Assembly: GCA_963840455.1 (NCBI GenBank)
Contig: CAWIYV010000010.1
Span: forward strand, 320,001 to 384,000
Reading direction: 5' to 3'
DNA: 64,000 nt
Source of the DNA: Nitrospirota bacterium
GTDB taxonomy: Bacteria > Nitrospirota > UBA9217
In this document: piece by piece, positions 57,845-64,000 of the stretch
Numbering within the stretch: position 1 is the stretch's first letter
How the letters are laid out: every line of letters begins with the position of its first letter
Notes under the pieces: generated by a model
What the model was told of the DNA's origin: nothing
The model's input: the letters and a program-made list of their open reading frames with translations, nothing else
The model's database searches: none
Made by a program: the position numbers and the translations under genes

Positions 57845-59155
57845 CTACTTCTTTTTTCTGATCAGGTTCACCGAAAGAAGGATGAACAGACTCTTGGCCA
57901 CATCAAAGTCCGAAAGGAACGCCTGGTCAACGATATCCTGGACCGAGCGCCTGCCGTCCACCATGGCGAAGACCTTGAGGTCCATATTGCTCAGACCCCG
58001 TCGGGTAAGTTCTTCAGCATTGCCGATAAGTGGCTCGAAAACCATCGAAAAATTAGGTATTTTCTGTTGGATCAACACCCACTCATCGGACCGTCTTGTC
58101 CCTTCCAGGATCAGATCATCCACCTTGAGCGCCACGGGATTAGCAAAGACCGGGGGCTGGGCCTGGTCGAACAGGAACTCGCCATCCCTCCATCCCAGAG
58201 CCTTGAACACTATCGTCTCTGTGTGGCGCCGGAGGCAGGCACCGAAGGTCTTCTGGTCCAGAAGCTTTTCCTGTGCCAGCACTCCGTCGATGGGTTGCCC
58301 GGTCATCTCCGCGATACGGCTCGCATGCTGAAGCCCGTCATCCCCGACACGGCAGGTCTTCTTCAGCAGCCCGTCCATGCCGGGTACGCTTCCGTTCATG
58401 CTGCAGCTGGCGAAGGCGATCGCACCATCCTTGAAAAAGATCTCTGCCTCGCCTTCCTGACGGTTGATGACCAGCCTTCCGCTCTGGCGCTGGAGAGCCA
58501 GCATCTGCATGAGTTCGACGATGCGGAAAGCAGCGAGGCTGCCATGAATGGAGACATCGCCGCCGCTCGGCCCTTTGCCCAGCTCTTTCCGGATGATATC
58601 AGGAAGCGTGTTCCTCACGAATTCTCCGAGGATGCGATTCACGACAGCGGTGATCTGGACCTCGATACCCTCTGAGACGGGAAATGCCCCCGTCCCGCCG
58701 CGGGCCGGGGCTAAAGACGGGGCGGGACGGGCCTTCGCAGCAGCTGCTGCGGATGCGGCCTTTGCCGCTGCTGCGTCCTGGGCCTTTTTGTCCAGCACCT
58801 CGCGAATCTTCGCGAGGAGCTCTTCCGGCTGGAAGGGCTTGGTGAAATATTCGGAGATACCGAGGACGTCGACGAACTTGCTGCCGACCTTGTCGCCTTT
58901 GGAGGTCACCAGGATGATGGGCGTATCACGGAACTCCGGGTCCTCCTTCAGGATCTTGCACACTTGGTACCCATTCATCTTAGGCATCACAAAATCCACC
59001 AGGATCAGCGCGGGCCGTTCCGACTTCGCTTTTTGGATGCCCTCTTCACCGTCCGATGCCAGAACGACCTGATACCCCTGCGAAGAAAGGATCATCTCGA
59101 TCAGCCGCTGCACGGTCGGACTATCGTCTATGTTGAGGATCTTCTCGCCTGCCAT
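57845..59155 (-). CDS. Response regulator REC + DUF4388 (PatA/PilG-like)
   Basis: REC (DFVMPKMNGYQVC, KPF), then GSLAAFRIVELMQML...WRDGEFLF; upstream TTGACA-18-TATTAT. Confidence 0.85.
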   Translation of the reverse strand: MAGEKILNIDDSPTVQRLIEMILSSQGYQVVLASDGEEGIQKAKSERPALILVDFVMPKMNGYQVCKILKEDPEFRDTPIILVTSKGDKVGSKFVDVLGISEYFTKPFQPEELLAKIREVLDKKAQDAAAAKAASAAAAAKARPAPSLAPARGGTGAFPVSEGIEVQITAVVNRILGEFVRNTLPDIIRKELGKGPSGGDVSIHGSLAAFRIVELMQMLALQRQSGRLVINRQEGEAEIFFKDGAIAFASCSMNGSVPGMDGLLKKTCRVGDDGLQHASRIAEMTGQPIDGVLAQEKLLDQKTFGACLRRHTETIVFKALGWRDGEFLFDQAQPPVFANPVALKVDDLILEGTRRSDEWVLIQQKIPNFSMVFEPLIGNAEELTRRGLSNMDLKVFAMVDGRRSVQDIVDQAFLSDFDVAKSLFILLSVNLIRKKK

Positions 59156-59281
59156 GGTATACCCCGGGGCGCAACGCATCGATAATAGCACGGCAGAAAA
59201 GGAAATGTCAATGATTTAACTAGAAAATTCAGCGGGTTCCTTGGTGGATATTACTGCGAAAGGTGCGGGGAAGGGGTCGCA

Positions 59282-59773
59282 TCAGAACCGAATGTCATCG
59301 ATCTGCCGGGTGAGTCTTTTGACCAGGACAACGCCCGTCTCGGTGTTGAAAATGAGCTTGCGCCCGACCTTGCCGCCCGTATCTGCGCTCAGGACGGGTA
59401 TGTTCTCGATCCGGAGCGTGTCCTCAGCGAGCTGGATGTTGCGTTCACCGATGTTCATGAAGGGATTCGTTACGTTCAGGACGATGCCGCCGCCAAAGAC
59501 CTTGGCCCGGAGATTGCGCCGGTCGGACCCGAACTCAAGCATCTTCTCGATCAGCTTCGCAATGGCGATATTCCCGTACTTTGGAGACGCCAGTCCTTCA
59601 CCGTTCCAGAAGGGAAGCATGTAGTGGTTGATCCCGCCCCGGTTCCGGACGCAGTCCCAGAGGCAGACCGATACGCAGGAGCCAAGCACGGTCGTGACCA
59701 TATGCCGCTCTTCATGGGCAAAGAGGCTGCCGGCAACAAGGTAATGCGCGTTTTCACCCTGCTCAGGTATCAT
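59282..59773 (-). CDS. cheD: Chemoreceptor glutamine deamidase CheD (start uncertain)
   Basis: TVLGSCVSVCLWD, GINHYMLP, AKVFGG, IGERN, DTGG. Confidence 0.92.
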   Translation of the reverse strand: MIPEQGENAHYLVAGSLFAHEERHMVTTVLGSCVSVCLWDCVRNRGGINHYMLPFWNGEGLASPKYGNIAIAKLIEKMLEFGSDRRNLRAKVFGGGIVLNVTNPFMNIGERNIQLAEDTLRIENIPVLSADTGGKVGRKLIFNTETGVVLVKRLTRQIDDIRF

Positions 59774-59816
59774 TGCGAACATCCGTGCCAGGAGGCCTGA
59801 TGAAGGCACCCGCCGC

Positions 59817-60716
59817 TCAGAATTGCGTCCCGCCCTCGAAAATGAACTCATTGCCGTCGCCGGACGTGACGTCGACATCCCGGTCCGTCCCAAGCTCGGC
59901 GATGGAAACGGTGAACACGCAGCCTTCGCCTTCGGCACCGGTCAGCCTGACATTCCCATCAAGCATCTCGATCAATGCCTTCGTGATGCTGAGTCCGAGG
60001 CCGTGGCCTTTGTGACGCTTGCGGATGCCCGCATCGAGCTGGACGAACCGGTCGAAGACCTTTTTACGGTCACTCTCGGGGATGCCGATACCTTCGTCCT
60101 CAATGGAAATGTTCAGCCGCTCCCTCTCCCGCCACGCGCGAACAATGACGCGCTTACCCTCGCGGTTGAACTCTATCGCATTGGCGAGAAGGTTGGCCAG
60201 TGCTTTCTGAAGCTTGTCCGGGTCCGTCTTGAATGTGAGTGGCCCTTCGCCGGGCTCGAACATCATGGTCAGCCTCTTCTCCGCAGCCTTGTGACCAAAG
60301 GCCGCGATCAGTCCCCGGACCAGCGCGGTCACATCGACCTGCGCCACGCTTACGGTCGTCTCGCCCGCTTCGATCTCTGCAGCCGCAAAGATGTTCCGGA
60401 GCTGAAAATCGAGATCGAAGGCCTCATGGTATATGGTGCCAGCCATGGTGCGCGTGGTTTCGGCGTCGGCCTTCCTGTCTACGATCTGTTTTGCCATGCC
60501 CATGATGGACATGAGAGGATTATTGATCTCGTTCCTGATGTTCGACAGAAAATCGGATTTGAGCGACTCGGATTGCCGCAATTTCTCGTTTACTGCCTCA
60601 AGGTTCTGCGTCATCGCCCGGAGATTGGCAACGGCGATCCGGTTCTCCTCGAGCCTTTTCTTGAGCTCATCAAGCAGCATTTCGTCAGCTATTCTTTCCA
60701 CGCCATCCTCCTTCAT
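59817..60716 (-). CDS. Sensor-less histidine-kinase-like protein lacking the phospho-His
   Basis: Coiled coil; H-box region FLSNIRNEINNPL; N box NLLANAIEF; DEGIGI; GHGLGL. Confidence 0.8.
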   Translation of the reverse strand: MKEDGVERIADEMLLDELKKRLEENRIAVANLRAMTQNLEAVNEKLRQSESLKSDFLSNIRNEINNPLMSIMGMAKQIVDRKADAETTRTMAGTIYHEAFDLDFQLRNIFAAAEIEAGETTVSVAQVDVTALVRGLIAAFGHKAAEKRLTMMFEPGEGPLTFKTDPDKLQKALANLLANAIEFNREGKRVIVRAWRERERLNISIEDEGIGIPESDRKKVFDRFVQLDAGIRKRHKGHGLGLSITKALIEMLDGNVRLTGAEGEGCVFTVSIAELGTDRDVDVTSGDGNEFIFEGGTQF

Positions 60717-60901
60717 AACCCTCCCCCGCGGTGAACGCCTCATACACCGCTCTCCAGGGCATCCGGGAACAAACTGCCGTTCCTCGGGCAGGCCATACGC
60801 CTGCAGGACAACAGGGCGTCATATCCATAGGGCCGCCTACCCCTCAGGCATACATGATAGCCGAAATCTTGCCGGACCGGGAAGGGAAAACGGGGGGGCG
60901 C

Positions 60902-61801
60902 CTAATCACACTTGGTGTCTTCCTTGCACAATCCTTCATCAGGCAGCGGATTGAAGATCGGGTTTGGGGTCGTGGCGGGTGCGAACAGGTCAAACCGACC
61001 GGTCGCATGGTCGGCAGGTTTCTTATTGTCTCCCGCGACGGAGGGCGCCTTCTGTGACCGTTTCGGGGCATGAGCGGATTCCGGCTTGCAAAAAAAATAC
61101 TGCCGGATCGCTTCGGTGCCGGTAAGAAATATCTTTTCGGAGGGTCCATTCACCATCAGCGTCGGGACACCCTCGATCCCCAGGTTTCGAAGGAGCAACG
61201 AATACTCTTTCACCAGGACATGAGCGACCATGATCTTGTTCTCATCAAGCTCCTTCCGGATCTCGGTACAGTGCTTGCAATCCGCGCTGTAGAAGAGGAT
61301 GTACTTCTGGCCGAGCGGGATTGCCGGGCCCTCGGCGGGTAGAATGAGGTAGAACAGGCCTAAGACCGCCAAGAGCGAGCCAAACCCGGCAAGGACCTCG
61401 CGGTGGCCGGCAAGCATGCGCAAGACACCGAGGACGAGGAAGATGCCGAAAACGCTCAGGCAGAATACGCATACCGCGTGCAGACGGAAGAGCTGATAGC
61501 CAACGAAGAACCCCTCGCCCGCCAGGGAGACCACGAGCAGGAAGTTGATGATCCGGTCACGGACCTCGTTGACCGAGCGCGTCCCCTGCGCCGCAAGAGC
61601 CGTGATCACCGCAATTGTTCCCAAGCCCAGCAGGACCATGGCAAGGTCACCGAATCGGGTATACTGCGTGACGATCTTGCATCCCTCGGTAGCGCAGATG
61701 CTCTTCCCGAATGACTGAAGCACGGCCTCAAGCAGCAGGTAGAGCGAGCCGAGAGCGCTCGCTATGACAAACAGCCGTGAAATGACGTGTTTCCTGTTCA
61801 T
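60902..61801 (-). CDS. VKOR-family membrane protein fused to a thioredoxin/glutaredoxin-like domain
   Basis: Loop Cys pair CATEGC, TM helices, CVFC, then FYSADCKHC and GVPTL. Confidence 0.75.
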   Translation of the reverse strand: MNRKHVISRLFVIASALGSLYLLLEAVLQSFGKSICATEGCKIVTQYTRFGDLAMVLLGLGTIAVITALAAQGTRSVNEVRDRIINFLLVVSLAGEGFFVGYQLFRLHAVCVFCLSVFGIFLVLGVLRMLAGHREVLAGFGSLLAVLGLFYLILPAEGPAIPLGQKYILFYSADCKHCTEIRKELDENKIMVAHVLVKEYSLLLRNLGIEGVPTLMVNGPSEKIFLTGTEAIRQYFFCKPESAHAPKRSQKAPSVAGDNKKPADHATGRFDLFAPATTPNPIFNPLPDEGLCKEDTKCD

Positions 61802-61842
61802 AGAATTCCCCGATGCCGGAATCATTGTTCCGATCTGCAGGA

Positions 61843-63039
61843 TCACGAGAACTGTTTCGCCACCGCGTCGATGAACTCTCCGGTGAGCGCGTGCTTCCCG
61901 GGCGGAGGTTCGGCGATCGCAGCGAGGTCCTTGGTCATGAGGCCGTTCTCGATGGTCCTGATAACGGCGGATTCCAGTTTCTTCGCGAACGCGACCACGT
62001 CCGGCGTGCCGTCAAGCTCGCCCCGACGGGCGATGGCGCCGGTCCACGCGAAGATGGAGGCAACGGAATTCGTGGACGTGGGTTTGCCCTTCAGATGCTC
62101 GTAGTAGTGGCGCATGACCGTGCCGTGCGCCGCCTCGTACTCATACTTGCCGTCAGGAGACACGAGCACGGATGTCATGAGCCCCAGGCTGCCGAATCCG
62201 CTGGCGACCATGTCGCTCATCACATCGCCATCGTAGTTCATGCACGCCCAGAGCATGCCGCCCTCGGACTTGATCACCTGCGCTACGGCATCATCGATCA
62301 GCATAAAGCGGTACTGGATGCCCGCTTGGCCGAGGCCGTCCTTCGCCTTCATCGCTTCGTCGGCGAAAACATCGCGGAACAGGCCATGGTACTGCTTGGA
62401 AATCGTGTCCTTGGCGCCGAACCAGATGTCCGTTTTCTCGGCCATGGCGTACTGGATGCAGGACTTCGCGAAGCTCCGGATGGACCGCTCCGTGTTGTGC
62501 ATCCCCATGATCACGCCCGGCCCCTTGAAATCATGGATCAGGACGGTCTGTGTCGCACCGCCGCCAGCCGGTGTAAAAATGATCTCAGCCTTTCCCGGGC
62601 CTTCCACGACAAGCTCGCTGTTTTTGTAGATGTCGCCGTAGGCGTGCCGGCCGATGATGATCGGCCGCTTCCAGCTTCTGACCGCGGGTGGGATGTTCTT
62701 CACGATGATGGGCTTGCGGAAGACCGTTCCGTCGAGGAGGGAACGGATAGTGGCATTGGGGCTTGCCCACTGCTTTTTGAGGCCATACTCCTTGACGCGC
62801 GCGGCATTCGGTGTGATGGTGGCGCATTTTACCCCCACGCCGTACTGCTTGATCGCCTCCGCGGCTTCGACCGTGATCCGGTCGTCGGTCTCGTCGCGGT
62901 GCTTCATGCCAAGGTCGAAATATTTGAGGTTGACCGTGAGATGGGGCAGGATCAGCTTCTCCTTGATCATCTGCCACATGATCCGGGTCATCTCGTCGCC
63001 GTCCATCTCGACGATGGGGTTCTTTACCGTTATGGCCAC
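61843..63039 (-). CDS. icd: NADP-dependent isocitrate dehydrogenase
   Basis: [42 protein letters not shown]; GTG start at 63039 after AAGGAG. Confidence 0.96.
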   Translation of the reverse strand: MAITVKNPIVEMDGDEMTRIMWQMIKEKLILPHLTVNLKYFDLGMKHRDETDDRITVEAAEAIKQYGVGVKCATITPNAARVKEYGLKKQWASPNATIRSLLDGTVFRKPIIVKNIPPAVRSWKRPIIIGRHAYGDIYKNSELVVEGPGKAEIIFTPAGGGATQTVLIHDFKGPGVIMGMHNTERSIRSFAKSCIQYAMAEKTDIWFGAKDTISKQYHGLFRDVFADEAMKAKDGLGQAGIQYRFMLIDDAVAQVIKSEGGMLWACMNYDGDVMSDMVASGFGSLGLMTSVLVSPDGKYEYEAAHGTVMRHYYEHLKGKPTSTNSVASIFAWTGAIARRGELDGTPDVVAFAKKLESAVIRTIENGLMTKDLAAIAEPPPGKHALTGEFIDAVAKQFS

Positions 63040-63077
63040 TGGTCCGTTCTCCTTCGGAATGATCCCGTCATGATCCC

Positions 63078-63500
63078 TTACGCGCAGAGCTCGAGGGTGC
63101 TGAAGAAATACGCGATCTCGAACGCCGCGGTCTCCGGCGCATCGGAGCCGTGGACCGAGTTTGCCTCCATGCTCTGGGCGAACTCCTTCCGGATCGTGCC
63201 GGGCTCGGCATTGGCAGGGTTCGTGGCGCCCATGAGCTTGCGCCACGCCGCTATGGCGTTCTCTTTCTGAAGCACCAGGACGATGCAGGGTCCGGACGAC
63301 ATGAAGTCCGTGAGGCTGCTGAAAAAGGGCTTCCCCCGATGCACGGCGTAGAATCCCTCGGCCTGCTTTTTGGTCATCCGCAGCCTCTTCATGGCAATGA
63401 CCTGAAAACCGTTCTCCTCGATCTTCGCGAGGACCTTTCCGGTAATACTCCTGCTGCATGCATCAGGCTTGATGATGGCAAAGGTCTTTTCCGTGGGCAT
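63078..63500 (-). CDS. ndk: Nucleoside diphosphate kinase
   Basis: [24 protein letters not shown]. Confidence 0.97.
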   Translation of the reverse strand: MPTEKTFAIIKPDACSRSITGKVLAKIEENGFQVIAMKRLRMTKKQAEGFYAVHRGKPFFSSLTDFMSSGPCIVLVLQKENAIAAWRKLMGATNPANAEPGTIRKEFAQSMEANSVHGSDAPETAAFEIAYFFSTLELCA

Positions 63501-63542
63501 GGCACTCCCTCCGGCAGGCTTCGGTAATGAACATGAGAACTG

Positions 63543-63571
63543 ATTTTAAAGCGCGTGGGATGAATTGTCAA
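63543..63571 (-). promoter_or_regulatory. Sigma70-like promoter for ndk-icd
   Basis: TTGACA-17 nt-TAAAAT. Confidence 0.7.
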
Positions 63572-63579
63572 CAGAACAG

Positions 63580-63627
63580 TGAAGCTCCCTGCAGCGAGCT
63601 GCGGGGAGTGCCCTCGCTCCTGGATTC
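63580..63627. repeat. Modular hairpin repeat, short copy (E), inverted
   Basis: TGAAGCTCCCTGCAGCGAGCTGCGGGGAGTGCCCTCGCTCCTGGATTC. Confidence 0.85.
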
Positions 63628-63703
63628 TCTGCGGACCGGGGGGCATGCTTCGCCGGGGAAAACGGTTGCGGAAGATGGCCGGCCATCAATTGGGTCTGTT
63701 CAG

Positions 63704-64000
63704 CTATCGCTTTTTCAGGAAGACCACTATCGCGCCGCTGCCACCCTTGTCGCGGGGCGCGGCATGGAACTCGGCGACCAGGCCTTTGCCCTGCTCCCGG
63801 AGCCATGCATTAACCGCCCCGGGAAGGACCGGCCCATCTGGCGAGTTGATCCCTTTTCCCGTGATCACGAGGACCGCCTGCAAACCACGAGCACAGGCGC
63901 CAGCGATGAAGTGCTCGAGCCGCCGGAGCGCCTCGTCCTTCAGAAATCCGTGAAGGTCCAGCTCCTCGCTTATGCGTATGGTGCCGCGCTTGAGCTGGCG
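63704..64000 (-). CDS. Smr/MutS2-domain protein (5' end outside window)
   Basis: Manual translation: ELDLHGF...VLVITGKG...GGSGAIVVFLKKR*. Confidence 0.9.
   Translation of the reverse strand, partial: RQLKRGTIRISEELDLHGFLKDEALRRLEHFIAGACARGLQAVLVITGKGINSPDGPVLPGAVNAWLREQGKGLVAEFHAAPRDKGGSGAIVVFLKKR

Noticed and set aside
61843-63459. 538-aa ORF suggesting an N-terminally extended Icd
   Set aside because: The extension overlaps ndk in another frame; Icd homology and an RBS begin at GTG 63039.
63579-63953. ORF beginning MKLPAASCGE
   Set aside because: Its start is the translation of the hairpin repeat and the rest is antisense to the Smr gene.

Overview
GC-rich bacterial chromosomal window, almost entirely minus-strand. 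Gene content resembles Nitrospirota/Desulfobacterota (inference). (1) 1-20.3 kb: a Geobacter che5/Esn-like chemosensory cluster (DUF4388-GAF, CheY, CheA, ExeA-type ATPase, CheW ... CheW, HEAT, CheR, CheB). It is interrupted by a tightly coupled cassette with its own promoter: outer-surface decaheme lipoprotein, MtrA/DmsE-like decaheme, MtrB/PioB-like porin, orphan solute-binding protein and two long (~64-heptad) chemoreceptors. This porin-cytochrome conduit joined to chemoreceptors is the best candidate for an undescribed system (a redox/surface-sensing wire). (2) 20.4-49.7 kb: mostly housekeeping genes (yajQ, lolA, ftsK, uppP, glgP, rnj, comM, tRNA-Leu, ilvE, usp, bacterioferritin-like, aconitase, galT, coaX, birA, nadC, valS). 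It also holds a cobalamin riboswitch ahead of a small Cys-rich protein, a tandem dead/active NlpC/P60 protein and a SET-domain protein. (3) 49.9-61.8 kb: a Pil-Chp-like chemosensory operon ending in a RomR homolog, preceded by CheD, a His-less pseudokinase and a VKOR-thioredoxin fusion. (4) 61.8-64 kb: icd, ndk and a partial Smr protein. Intergenic DNA carries a five-copy modular hairpin repeat (MITE/REP-like) and several inverted heptamer arrays. All calls come from reading motifs by eye; no database searches were run.
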